Shown in pieces: positions 15,377-24,613 of a DNA stretch of 64,000 nucleotides. The DNA is from Myxococcota bacterium (lineage in GTDB: Bacteria > Myxococcota_A > UBA9160 > PR03): NCBI GenBank assembly GCA_041611735.1, contig JBFIML010000005.1, positions 7,525-71,524 on the forward strand, in the 5' to 3' direction. Numbering within the stretch: the stretch's first letter is position 1; every line of letters starts with the position of its first letter. The translations under genes and the position numbers were made by a program. The notes below the pieces were generated by a model. It searched no databases, was not told the origin of the DNA, and saw nothing but the letters and a program-made list of their open reading frames with translations.

Positions 15377-16561
15377 ATGGCGAAGCTCAACAAGCGCAGC
15401 GTGGACGCGGCCGCGCCGGGCCCGGGCGAGCGCTTCCTGTGGGACGAGGAGCTGCGCGGCTTCGGCCTGCGCGTCTTCCCCTCCGGCCGCAAGACCTTCT
15501 TCGTCCAGTACCGCGATCGCGTCCACGGCCGCACCCGCCGCTACGTGCTCGGCACCTACGGCGTCCTCACCCCCGCCGAGGCCCGCGCCCTGGCCGTGGA
15601 GGCGCTCGCCGAGGTCCAGAAGGGCGGCGCCCCCTCCGAGACCCGCCGCCAGGCCGCACAGGCCCCGACCGTGGCCGACCTCTGCGAGCGCTACGTCGCC
15701 GACTACGCCAAGGCCCGCAAGAAGCCCCGCAGCCTCGCCGAGGACGAGCGCCTGATCGACGACTTCATCAAGCCGGTCCTCGGCCGCCGCAAGGTGGCCT
15801 CCGTGAAGCGCCCGGACGTCGTGCGCCTCCACAACGCCATGGCGGGCACCCCCTACCAGGCCAACCGCGCGCTGGCCGTGCTCTCGAAGATGTTCAACCT
15901 GGCCGAGCGCTGGGGCCTGCGGTCCGACGGCAGCAACCCCGTGCGCCAGGTCGATCGCTTCCGGGAGCGCAAGCGCGAGCGCTTCCTCAGCAAGACCGAG
16001 CTCGCCCGGCTGGGCAAGCACCTGGCCGAGGCCGAGGCCGCCGGCACCGAGAAGGCCCCCACCCTCGCCGCCATCCGGCTGCTCTTCTTCACGGGCTGTC
16101 GTCTCAGCGAGATCCTGGGCCTGCGCTGGGCGGACGTGGACTTCGAGCGGCGCTGCCTGCGGCTCGCCGACTCGAAGACCGGCGCCCGGGTCGTCCCCCT
16201 GAACGCCCCGGCCCTCAAGGTCCTCGCCGACCTCGAGCCAGACGACTCGCCCTGGGTGATCCGCGGCCGCCGGCGCGGCGCCCCGCTGGTGAACCTCGGC
16301 AAGCCCTGGCGCCGCATCCGCGAGGCCACCAAGCTCGGCGACGTCCGCATCCATGACCTGCGCCACTCCTTCGCCAGCGTCGCCGCCGGCTCGGGGCACT
16401 CCCTGGTCGTGATCGGGGCGCTCCTCGGCCACCGCCAGGCCACCACCACGCACCGCTACGCCCACCTGTCGGACGACCCGGTGCGCACGGCCACGGAGGT
16501 GGTTGGAGCGCGGATCGAGGCCGCCATGGCGCGGCGAGATGCAGGCGACGGCGACGAGTAA
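15377..16561 (+). CDS. P4-type tyrosine integrase (DUF4102 arm-binding N-terminus plus catalytic domain)
   Basis: MAKLNKRSVDAA...FLWDEELRGFGLRVFPSGRKTFFVQYR...GRTRRYVLGTYGVLTPAEAR is the DUF4102-type N-terminus. The C-terminal part has RIHDLRHSFAS and HRYAH catalytic motifs. Confidence 0.85.
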   Translation: MAKLNKRSVDAAAPGPGERFLWDEELRGFGLRVFPSGRKTFFVQYRDRVHGRTRRYVLGTYGVLTPAEARALAVEALAEVQKGGAPSETRRQAAQAPTVADLCERYVADYAKARKKPRSLAEDERLIDDFIKPVLGRRKVASVKRPDVVRLHNAMAGTPYQANRALAVLSKMFNLAERWGLRSDGSNPVRQVDRFRERKRERFLSKTELARLGKHLAEAEAAGTEKAPTLAAIRLLFFTGCRLSEILGLRWADVDFERRCLRLADSKTGARVVPLNAPALKVLADLEPDDSPWVIRGRRRGAPLVNLGKPWRRIREATKLGDVRIHDLRHSFASVAAGSGHSLVVIGALLGHRQATTTHRYAHLSDDPVRTATEVVGARIEAAMARRDAGDGDE

Positions 16562-16699
16562 GACGCCGCGGAGGCGCGGGTTCGGCAGCCGGGCGGTTGA
16601 AGGACTGACGCTTCGCTGGCAGGGGCTTGGCCGGGCGACGGAAGCTGGATCGGCCAAGGCTTGGGCCGCTCGATCCCTAGTCCTGCCTCGAGTCGATCG

Positions 16700-18100
16700 G
16701 ATCCCCGGCGGGATCGCTTACGGCATCTATGAGTTCGTCAAGGACCTCGGCAACGAGTTGCCATGGCTCGGGTTTCTCCCGTGGTGGTCAGTTGGTTTCG
16801 TTCCGCATGCGCGTGAGCGCGGCGCGGCTTCGCTTGGCAGCGCGCTTCTCGCCGGCGCATCGAGCGTGAACCCGGCCTCGGCGTAGACGTCGTCGAGGTT
16901 GCGCGGTGCCCGCGCGGCGCGATGTCGCTCGTGCTTCTGGAGCTTGCGCAGCTTGAGCCGCGTGCGCTCCACGGCGGCGTAGCGGTACGGCTGCTGGGTG
17001 GTGAGGATGTGCCAGACGATCACGATCAGCTTGCGCGCCAGCGCAGTGACCGCGATCTGATCGCCCTTGCGGCGTCGGATGCGGTGGTAGGTCGCCGCCA
17101 GCGGCGAGCTGCTCCGCGCGATCGTGTGGGCCGCCTCGATCGCCAGCCAGCGGGCGTTGCGCGAGCCGGTCTTGGTGATGTGGCCGTAGTAGGCGGTGCC
17201 GCCGGACTGGCGGATCTTCGGTACCAGGCCGAAGTAGGCGGCCAGCTTCTGGGGGCTCGGGAAGCGGTCGATCGAGCCGATCGCGGCGAGGAAGCCCATG
17301 GCGACGACGACATCGACGCCCGGGATGGTGACCAGGAGCTTCGCGTCCGGATGGAGGCGGGCCTGCTCGAGGAGCTCGCGATCGAGGGCCTGGAGGCTCT
17401 CTTGAACGTGGCGCAGGAGCGCGGCCTGGTGATCCAGCACCAGGCGCTCGGCAGGCGGTAGCTCGAGCTCCGCGAGCCAACGGTAGCCCTTCTGGCTGAA
17501 CAGGAACCTCCCCGGGTAGCGCTGGAGGCTGCGGTTCAGCACGGCGTGGATGGTGTTCTTGGTGGCGACGGATTGGCGCCGCAGCTGGCGCCGATGGGCC
17601 ATGAGCTGGCGCACGGCCCAGGTCTCCCGGCTCGGCATCGCGACCTCCGGCAGGAAGTCGAGCCGCAGGAGCTGCGCCAGGATGTGGGCGTCCACCTTGT
17701 CCGTCTTGATCCGCGCGTAGGCGATCGCCTTGAGCGGCGCCGGCTCGGCGACCACCACGCGGTCGACGTAGCGCTCCAGGATCTGGACCAGGGCCCAGGT
17801 GTGGAAGGTCGCCTCCAGGGCGACCTCGTCGCCGCGCTCCAAGCCCCGGGCGAAGGCCTCGACGGCCTCCGGCCGGCCGCCGACGCGGAAGTCCCGGCGC
17901 TCCTGACCGTCCTCGGCCAGGCCGCAGACCTGGAGGAACTCCTTGTGGACATCGAGTCCGTAGAACATGCACACTCTCCTGCGGAGAGCCTCGGCGAAGG
18001 GTAATTGGGAAGAACGACACGTATCTATTCGCGCTCACAGCGCAGCCGCCCGAGTCGAGGGGGGAACCCAGGTAAGACATCGAGCTCGAAGCTCATGCGT
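16700..18100 (-). mobile_element. IS110-family insertion sequence (ends not determinable by eye; IS110 elements lack clear inverted repeats)
   Basis: Transposase CDS plus flanking non-coding DNA. The boundaries are approximate. Confidence 0.45.
16727..17968 (-). CDS. IS110-family (DEDD) transposase
   Basis: MFYGLDVHKEF... is the DEDD_Tnp_IS110-type N-terminus. LVTIPGVDVVVAMGFLAAIGSIDRFPSPQKLAAYFGLVPKIRQSGG matches the Transposase_20 domain pattern. The Arg-rich C-terminal tail may be read-through. Confidence 0.85.
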   Translation of the reverse strand: MFYGLDVHKEFLQVCGLAEDGQERRDFRVGGRPEAVEAFARGLERGDEVALEATFHTWALVQILERYVDRVVVAEPAPLKAIAYARIKTDKVDAHILAQLLRLDFLPEVAMPSRETWAVRQLMAHRRQLRRQSVATKNTIHAVLNRSLQRYPGRFLFSQKGYRWLAELELPPAERLVLDHQAALLRHVQESLQALDRELLEQARLHPDAKLLVTIPGVDVVVAMGFLAAIGSIDRFPSPQKLAAYFGLVPKIRQSGGTAYYGHITKTGSRNARWLAIEAAHTIARSSSPLAATYHRIRRRKGDQIAVTALARKLIVIVWHILTTQQPYRYAAVERTRLKLRKLQKHERHRAARAPRNLDDVYAEAGFTLDAPARSALPSEAAPRSRACGTKPTDHHGRNPSHGNSLPRSLTNS

Positions 18101-18250
18101 TAGTCGGCCGTCCCCACAGATCCTCGGCGTCCGAGGCTCTCCCATTCGTCCTTCGCTTCCGCCGCTGACCTGCGCCCCGTGGCCGGCGCCGAGAGGATGA
18201 CCCCGCGGCGCTCAGCGCACGAAGTGCGCGCAACCGGCGGGAAACATCAT
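17975..18250 (-). ncRNA. Candidate IS110 guide ('bridge') RNA region upstream of the transposase
   Basis: This is a non-coding leader with short perfect hairpins (ctctcc-tgc-ggagag near 17973-17987; cctcgg-cgt-ccgagg near 18121-18135). The assignment rests on family knowledge, not on a recognised fold. Confidence 0.25.
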
Positions 18251-18554
18251 GCGCGGCAACATAAGGGCAAGTCACAGTCGCGCTATGCGTCCGGAATCCC
18301 CACGGTTTTCGTGAATGGTTCCGCGCCCGGCGCTTCACTTGTGACTTGGATCCGATTGCTCATCAACCGGGATCGATTCGGCCGTCTCCCGACCGCCCGT
18401 TGACCACCTTGGTGACCGAGACGACGCCAAACCTTTCAAAGCACGTCCTCCGGCCGTCACCGCGGGCGTTGGGCTTCTCGGCCGGATGCGTTGCGCGGGC
18501 GCTCCTGGAAACCTCTCCTCATCGACCGGTCGGAGAGGTGACGCGGGCGTCCTC

Positions 18555-19268
18555 TCACCTGGAAGGGCGAGTCGAAGAGACGAGTACCAGCATGCCGAGT
18601 GCGCCAGCCACCACCGATCCGCCGAGGACTCCGGCCTTGGCGGCTTCGAGGCTCGCTCCTTCGAGGGCCAGGCCGGAGATGAAGAGCGCCATGGTGAATC
18701 CGATGCCGGCGAGGAGCCCGCCTGCGAGGAGCATCCCCCAGGTCACGCCACTTGGGAGGGTTGCGATCCCCGTCCGAACGACGAGGAAGCTCGCCACGAG
18801 GATTCCGACGGGTTTGCCCACGCAGAGGCCTACCGCTACGGCGATGGCGACGTCGTCCAGGCGCCGTGCCCGCCTCGCCACCCCCGCCCGCCACTTGCGC
18901 TGGTGGCGCAGGTAGCCGCGATCGCAGACGACGAGAGACGCGTCCTTGGCGAGCTCGAGGGCCACCGTATCGGGACGGCCTCGCCGCAGCACCAGCTTGA
19001 TCCCCCTCTCAGCCAGCGCCTCCGCCGTCTCCGCCAGGCCTTCGAGCAGGAACGCGAATGCACGCTCGCTGGCGTCGGGATAGCGATCGTAGAGGCCGAA
19101 TCCAACCACCACGGACTGGTCGCGTTCGTTCGCCAGCCGCACGGCGTGCTCCAGCGCCGGGTTGTGAAAGGCCCGCTGCGACTGCTGCATCCAATAGAGG
19201 ACGTACGAGCCCGAGTCGTCCGGAGGCTCGTCGCTCAAGCTGCGGATGCTTGGCTCTTCGACGCTCAC
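18555..19268 (-). pseudogene. Chimeric ORF: class II photolyase N-terminal fragment fused in frame to an NhaA antiporter C-terminal fragment
   Basis: Residues 1-~135 (YVLYWMQQSQRAFHNPALEHAVRLANE...LVVCDRGYLRHQRKWR) match the class II CPD photolyase N-terminal alpha/beta domain. Residues ~145-237 (VGLCVGKPVGILVASFLVVRTGIATLPSGVTWGMLLAGGLLAGIGFTMALFISGLAL...) match the last TM helices of NhaA. The junction lies near 18840-18865. Confidence 0.7.
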
Positions 19269-19355
19269 GGCCAGGTGTTCTTCTTCAGCTCGACCTTCGA
19301 TCGGATCGCCCAGATCAGATGCCGCGGTTTTGTCTCCGACGAGGCCGACATGGTG

Positions 19356-19769
19356 CTAGCGGGAGCCCTTGAATGGGAGCCGCATCGCCAGCTCCTGAAG
19401 TCGCGCCTCCGCCACCTCGCCTGCGCCATCCGAGGCGACCACGAGAAGATCCGGTCCGCCGAGCTCGAGCGCGACCTGGAGGCACGCGCCGCACGGCCAG
19501 GTGAGCTTGCCAGCAGTGCGCGGGGAGACGAGCGCCAGCAGCTCCGGACGGCCCAAGCCCTGGGCAACGACCGAGAAGAGGGCGGCGCGCTCCGAGCACA
19601 TCGCGAGACCCAGCGAGACGTTCTCGACCAGTGCCCCGGGGACGACCGCGCCACGATCTGTCACGACCGCCGCACCCATCTTGAAGCGGGAGTACGGGGA
19701 ATAGGCTCGTTCGAGCGCTTGCTCGGCCTGCTTCAGCGCCTCTCGGGCGCGCGCGTCTCGGACTTGCAT
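19356..19769 (-). CDS. cdd: Cytidine deaminase
   Basis: 137 aa with YSPYSRFKMGAAV, MCSERAA and WPCGACLQ zinc-ligand motifs. Confidence 0.8.
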   Translation of the reverse strand: MQVRDARAREALKQAEQALERAYSPYSRFKMGAAVVTDRGAVVPGALVENVSLGLAMCSERAALFSVVAQGLGRPELLALVSPRTAGKLTWPCGACLQVALELGGPDLLVVASDGAGEVAEARLQELAMRLPFKGSR

Positions 19770-19855
19770 GGGCGGAATACTACTAGAACGAGCCGGGCGC
19801 TGCGAAGACAGGCTATGTTGGTGCCACGGCGCGTCGCTCGACATCGAAGCCAGGG

Positions 19856-19875
19856 GATCTACTTTCCCGTAGATC
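19856..19875. promoter_or_regulatory. Perfect 7-6-7 inverted repeat GATCTAC-TTTCCC-GTAGATC upstream of dps (candidate operator)
   Basis: Lies 24 nt upstream of the dps ATG, in the cdd/dps divergent intergenic region. Confidence 0.35.
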
Positions 19876-19898
19876 TTCACAACCATGGAGAGATCTCG

Positions 19899-20342
19899 AT
19901 GAGTTCCAACGATCAGGTCGTGACGGCTCTGTCCAAGCTTCTCGCCGATACCGACACGGTCTACCTCAAGACCCACAACTACCACTGGAACGTGACAGGA
20001 CCGATGTTCAACACGCTCCACACGCTCTTCGAGACCCAGTACACGGAGTACGCGCTGGCCGTGGACGAGATCGCCGAACGCATCCGGGCAGTGGGGGCAC
20101 GCGCTCCGGGCAGCTACAGCGAATTCGCTGAGATCGCGTCCGTGAAGGAAGATCGTGGGTCGCCCCCGGCGATGCAGATGGTCGAGAACCTGGCCGCCGA
20201 TCAGAAGACGATCGTCATGGCGGCGCGCTCCGTCGTGGAGGCGCCCGAGACCATTGGCGACCAGGCGTCCGCCGACCTCGGCGCTCGTCGCATCCAGGTC
20301 CACGAGAAGAATGCCTGGATGCTGCGCAGCCACCTCGAGTAG
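19899..20342 (+). CDS. dps: Dps-family DNA-protecting ferritin-like protein
   Basis: 147 aa with LLADTDTVYLKTHNYHWNVTGPMFNTLHTLFETQYTE...VDEIAERI, the canonical Dps ferroxidase-site region. Confidence 0.85.
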   Translation: MSSNDQVVTALSKLLADTDTVYLKTHNYHWNVTGPMFNTLHTLFETQYTEYALAVDEIAERIRAVGARAPGSYSEFAEIASVKEDRGSPPAMQMVENLAADQKTIVMAARSVVEAPETIGDQASADLGARRIQVHEKNAWMLRSHLE

Positions 20343-20426
20343 CCCCAACACGCCGTTGCGATCGTCGATCGCGCAACGTCGCGTGGGCCTCGACCGCTAC
20401 GAGAAGGCTCGAAGCAGGGGGCGTCG

Positions 20427-21397
20427 ATGAGGAGCGGGCTGTGGCGCGACGACGCGACCCTTCGGGTGGGCATCTCCACCTGCCTCCTCGGGGAGGAGGT
20501 GCGCTGGGACGGTGGACACAAACGCCACCGCTTCCTCACGGACCTGCTCGCCGACTACGTGGAATGGGTCCCGGTCTGCCCGGAGGTCGAGATCGGCATG
20601 GGGATCCCCCGGGAGCCGGTGCACCTGATGCGACGTGAAGGGAAGATTCGCCTGCTCGGCACCAGGAGCGGGAACGACTGGACCAGCCGCATGGAGTCCT
20701 GGTCGGTGCGCCGGGTACGCGAGCTGGAGGCGCTCGACCTGTGCGGCTACGTGCTCAAGAAGGACTCGTCGAGCTGCGGCATGGAGCGGGTCAAGGTGCG
20801 CAGCGAGAAGGGCATGCCGAAGAAGGAGGGCCGCGGGGTCTTTGCCGGAACGCTCCAGGACCACGCCCCGGCGCTCCCCGTGGAAGAGGAGGGGCGACTC
20901 AACGACCCCGCGCTCCGCGAGAACTTCATCGAGCGGATCTTCGCCTACCGGCGCCTGCGCTCGCTCTTCGCGGAGCGCTGGAGCCGGGGGCGCCTCGTGG
21001 CCTTCCACACCGCCCACAAGCTCCAGCTGATGGCACACTCGCCCGAAGCCTATCGGTCCCTGGGCCGTCTGGTGGCGTCGGCGAAGGGGATTCCCCCGAA
21101 GGCGTTCCGCGCGCGCTACGAGAGCGAGTTCATGGCGGCGCTCCAGCATCGCGCGACCGCCCGCCGACACGTGACGTGCTCCAGCACTGCGTGGGCCACT
21201 TTCGCAAGCAGCTCGAGCGGGAGGCTCGGGCCGAGCTCGGCGAGCTCATTGCCGACTACCGCGCCGGGCTCGTCCCCCTGATCGTGCCCGTCACCCTGAT
21301 CCGTCACTACGTCCGGCACCTTCGGGTCGAGTATCTCGCGGGCCAGGTCTATCTCGAGCCCCACCCGAAGGAGCTCATGCTGCGAAACCATGTCTGA
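20427..21397 (+). pseudogene. YbgA-like DUF523+DUF1722 gene with an apparent frameshift near 21168-21180
   Basis: The DUF523 part is intact (VGISTCLLGEEVRWDGGHK...CPEVEIGMGIPRE). The DUF1722 part continues in another frame after ...ATARRHV (DVLQHCVGHFRKQLEREARAELGELIADYRAGLVPLIVPVTLIRHYV...PKELMLRNHV). This is either a sequencing error or decay. Confidence 0.65.
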
Positions 21398-22883
21398 GGG
21401 TCCGGAGGTCGGAGCGAGCGATGGCGGCAGCGTTGATTCCCCCGCGAAGAGGCGCCTCACCATCGCCATCGCCGGCGCCACGGGCTTCGTGGGAGAGGCC
21501 CTGTGCCGGGCCCTCGTGCCCGATCACCGCGTGATCGGGCTCACGCGCTCGCGAGAGCGCGCCGAGAGCTCGCAGCGCGACGGAGTCACCTGGCGTCGCT
21601 GCGACCTCTTCTCCCTGCGCGAGCTCGAGCTCGCCCTCGAGGGCGCGGACTACGCGATCTACCTGGTCCACTCGATGCTTCCCTCGGCGCGCCTCACCCA
21701 GGCCAGCTTCGCCGATCTCGACCTGCTGCTGGCCGACAACTTCGCGCGCGCCGCGCAGCGCTGCGGGGTGGGCCAGATCCTCTACGTCGGCGGTCTCACG
21801 CCTCCCGAGGGGCCGCTCTCGCCCCATCTCGCCAGCCGGCTCGAGGTGGAGCAGACCCTCGGCTCCCACGGCGTGCCCCTCACGGCGCTGCGGGCCGGGC
21901 TGATCGTAGGGCCCGGCGGGTCCTCGCTCTCGATCCTCGTGAACCTGGTTCGGCGGCTCCCGGCCATGATCCTGCCCCGCTGGACCGAGTCTCGGACACA
22001 GCCCATCGCGCTGGCGGACGTGGTGCGCGCTGCGCGGCACTGCGTCGGCAACCCGGAGACCTACGGGCGTAGCTTCGACATCGGCGGGCCCGACGTGATG
22101 ACCTACCGCAAGATGCTCACCCAGGTCGCGGAGGCCCTGGGGAAGCGGCGCTTCATGCTCGGGGTTCCGCTGTTCTCGCCGCGGCTTTCGCGCCTCTGGG
22201 TCACGGTCTTCAGCGGCGCTTCGGGGGCTCTCGTGAACCCACTGATCGAGACTCTTCGCCACGACATGGTCTGTGCCGAGAATCCCCTCCAGCGCTGGCT
22301 CGAGCCCGACGCCCAGGGTTTCGCGGCGTCTCTTGGTCGCTCGCTCGAGACGGGAGAGCTGGCCCCGCCGCCGCGCCACCGCCTGTTCCGGCTGGAGCGC
22401 GCCTCGCTACGGCGCACGAGCACGGTGCGTTCCGTCCAGCGGCTCGTGCTTCCGAAGGGCCGCGACGCACGCTGGGTCGCGGCGGAGTATCTGCGCTTCC
22501 TGCCGCGCTTCGTCGCCCCGCTCGTGGGCTGCCGGGTCGAGGGCGACCTCTGCCGCCTCACCCTGCGCGGTACGCCGCTGCTGCTGATGGAGATGCGCTT
22601 CGCGCCCGATCGCAGCAGCGACGATCGACAGATCTTCGACGTCGTGGGTGGGCTCCTGGTGCGCCGGGGCCCGGGCCCGCGCGGACGTCTCGAGTTCCGG
22701 GAGGTGCTAGAGCACCGCCACGTGGTCGCTGCCGTCCACGACTTCCAGCCGGCGCTGCCCTGGCCGATCTACAACCAGACCCACGCCAGGGTTCACCTGT
22801 GGGTCATGCGCGGGTTCGCGCGGCACCTGCGCCGGGTGGCTGAGGGCATGGCCGCGGCGATCCCCGCTAGTACCTCGGACTAG
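21390..22883 (+). CDS. NAD(P)H-binding (NmrA/atypical SDR-like) protein with DUF2867-like C-terminal domain
   Basis: The N-terminal Rossmann motif is IAIAGATGFVGEAL. 497 aa. The C-terminal half has no catalytic motif recognised. Confidence 0.6.
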   Translation: MSEGPEVGASDGGSVDSPAKRRLTIAIAGATGFVGEALCRALVPDHRVIGLTRSRERAESSQRDGVTWRRCDLFSLRELELALEGADYAIYLVHSMLPSARLTQASFADLDLLLADNFARAAQRCGVGQILYVGGLTPPEGPLSPHLASRLEVEQTLGSHGVPLTALRAGLIVGPGGSSLSILVNLVRRLPAMILPRWTESRTQPIALADVVRAARHCVGNPETYGRSFDIGGPDVMTYRKMLTQVAEALGKRRFMLGVPLFSPRLSRLWVTVFSGASGALVNPLIETLRHDMVCAENPLQRWLEPDAQGFAASLGRSLETGELAPPPRHRLFRLERASLRRTSTVRSVQRLVLPKGRDARWVAAEYLRFLPRFVAPLVGCRVEGDLCRLTLRGTPLLLMEMRFAPDRSSDDRQIFDVVGGLLVRRGPGPRGRLEFREVLEHRHVVAAVHDFQPALPWPIYNQTHARVHLWVMRGFARHLRRVAEGMAAAIPASTSD

Positions 22884-22914
22884 CGCGCGTTCACCCTGCG
22901 GTGAGGGTAGCTCG

Positions 22915-23442
22915 CTAGGACGCCGGCTTCTGGAGGGTCCGCTCCAACGGGGCGAGGTCGTAGCCCTTCGCCCGGATGCGAGTCAGTATCCTCTGGTATA
23001 GCGCCTCGTCCAGGGTCGGTGTGCGTGAGAGGATCCAGAGGTACTCGCGCGCCGGGTGGCCCACCACGGCCCAGCGATAGTCGGGGTCGAGCTCGATGAT
23101 CCAGTAGTGGCCCCAGAACGGCCAGAAGAACTGGACGCGAAGCCTGGCGTTGTTCGGGTCGCCCTCCGCGACCCAGGCCACACCCTCGGCGCGGCGCACG
23201 TCGCCATCCAGGGATCCGTCGCGGCACTGGTTCTCCACACGGATCCGGCCGTCCTCGCGGCGCGAGTACTCGGCCTGCGTCGCGACGCAGCCTCGCTGGA
23301 AGTACTGAGGAAAGCTCGCGATCTCGTACCAGCGCCCGAGGTAGCGATCGAGGTCCACGTCCTCGACCACCATCAGGTTGGAGGAAGCCGTCTGGCAGCC
23401 AAGAAGGACAGCAACGAGCGCCAAGGGCGCAAGCCACCGCAT
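22915..23442 (-). CDS. blc: Bacterial lipocalin (Blc-type outer-membrane lipoprotein)
   Basis: Lipobox LLGC, then DLDRYLGRWYEIASFPQYFQRGC...RVENQC, the Blc signature. Confidence 0.8.
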   Translation of the reverse strand: MRWLAPLALVAVLLGCQTASSNLMVVEDVDLDRYLGRWYEIASFPQYFQRGCVATQAEYSRREDGRIRVENQCRDGSLDGDVRRAEGVAWVAEGDPNNARLRVQFFWPFWGHYWIIELDPDYRWAVVGHPAREYLWILSRTPTLDEALYQRILTRIRAKGYDLAPLERTLQKPAS

Positions 23443-23968
23443 CGGGATACCTCCGGTCCCGTTTCGCAACGGCCCGAATCGCCGACGCCGGCACGCCCGG
23501 TGAGACACAGGCGGTTGCGGGCGAAGGGTTGGCACGGGGCGTCGGGGCCCTTGCGCAGGCTGGGCCAGTGCGTCGGGACAGTCGCCGTCGGACAGGACTG
23601 CTATCTCCGCGGGAATTCGCGTCATCCAGCCACCTCGAGTCCAAACAGCGTAACCTGCTGCTCCAGGGCTTCCAGGCTCGGGATGCAGTGCCTCAGCGCC
23701 AGGGAGTCATTTCGGGACCGCTCCGCCGCGGGCAGCTCCGCTCCTGCGCTCCCCGCGACCGTCTAGCGCTGCCTGGCGGTCCCCAGCTCCCAGATCCTGC
23801 CGCGCCTCAACGGAGTTCATCTTCCGGTTGGATGGAGAAGAGGCACCAGGTAGGCTCCGCTCGCGGAGTAGAAGGCTTCTTCCAGTTTTCCCGACTTTCA
23901 TTGCAGTCAGGACGCTGCGGAGGGCCGCCAAGTTCACATGTTCCTTCCCCAGTGAACGAGGGGTGCCG

Positions 23969-24613
23969 ATGTCCATGCAGAGCGGACCACAGGAACCCGG
24001 CTACGCGATCGGCACGGTCGCCGGCCTGACCGGCCTGGATCCCCACACCATCCGGGCCTGGGAGCGCCGCTACGGAGCCGTGAGTTTTCACAGGGACCCG
24101 CGCGGCGTGCGCCGCTATGACGATGCCGCGGTGGTGCGTCTGCAGCTCCTCAAGGCGGTCACGAATTGTGGCGGATCCATCGGCTCCATCGTGCGCCTCC
24201 CGGACGCGACCCTGCGCGAGCGCCTGGGTCGGCTCGCCTGCATGGCGGCCGACGCAGCCGTGGCTCCGGGAGGCCGCCCGAGCACCTTGGCTCTTTTCGC
24301 TCCGGGCCTCTCCTCCCAGCTTGGCGCCGGAAGGTCCCTGGGTGGCCTCCAGGTCACCGTTTCGGAGACCGACGTCGCCGGCATTCCTCGAGAAGCTCTC
24401 GGACGCGGCGTCTTGAGGTCGTCGTGGCGGATCTCCTCCGCCTCGGCTGCGAGCCTCTGCGATGCCGCGCTGCACCGCTACCTGGGCGCGGCCTCCGCCT
24501 GCGTCCGACACGAGCTCGAGACGATGCTCGAGCGCGTCTGCGAGCACGAGGGCATCCGCGTATGGCGAGGAAGCTCGATTTGGAGACCGTCTGGATCTTC
24601 GGCGATCAGCTGA
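23969..24613 (+). CDS. MerR-family transcriptional regulator (LitR/PplR1-like context; no B12-binding motif seen)
   Basis: The N-terminal HTH is YAIGTVAGLTGLDPHTIRAWERRYGAVSFHRDPRGVRRYDDAAVVRLQLL. The 3' end overlaps the next gene by 52 nt, so the true stop or C-terminus is uncertain. Confidence 0.7.
   Translation: MSMQSGPQEPGYAIGTVAGLTGLDPHTIRAWERRYGAVSFHRDPRGVRRYDDAAVVRLQLLKAVTNCGGSIGSIVRLPDATLRERLGRLACMAADAAVAPGGRPSTLALFAPGLSSQLGAGRSLGGLQVTVSETDVAGIPREALGRGVLRSSWRISSASAASLCDAALHRYLGAASACVRHELETMLERVCEHEGIRVWRGSSIWRPSGSSAIS

Noticed and set aside
23443-23968. Possible gene remnant in the long blc/merR intergenic region (minus-strand ...LEEAFYSASGAYLVPLLHPTGR-stop).
   Set aside because: Only ~20-40 protein-like codons are spread over two frames, and no family was recognised. 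The region more likely holds the divergent promoters and operators.
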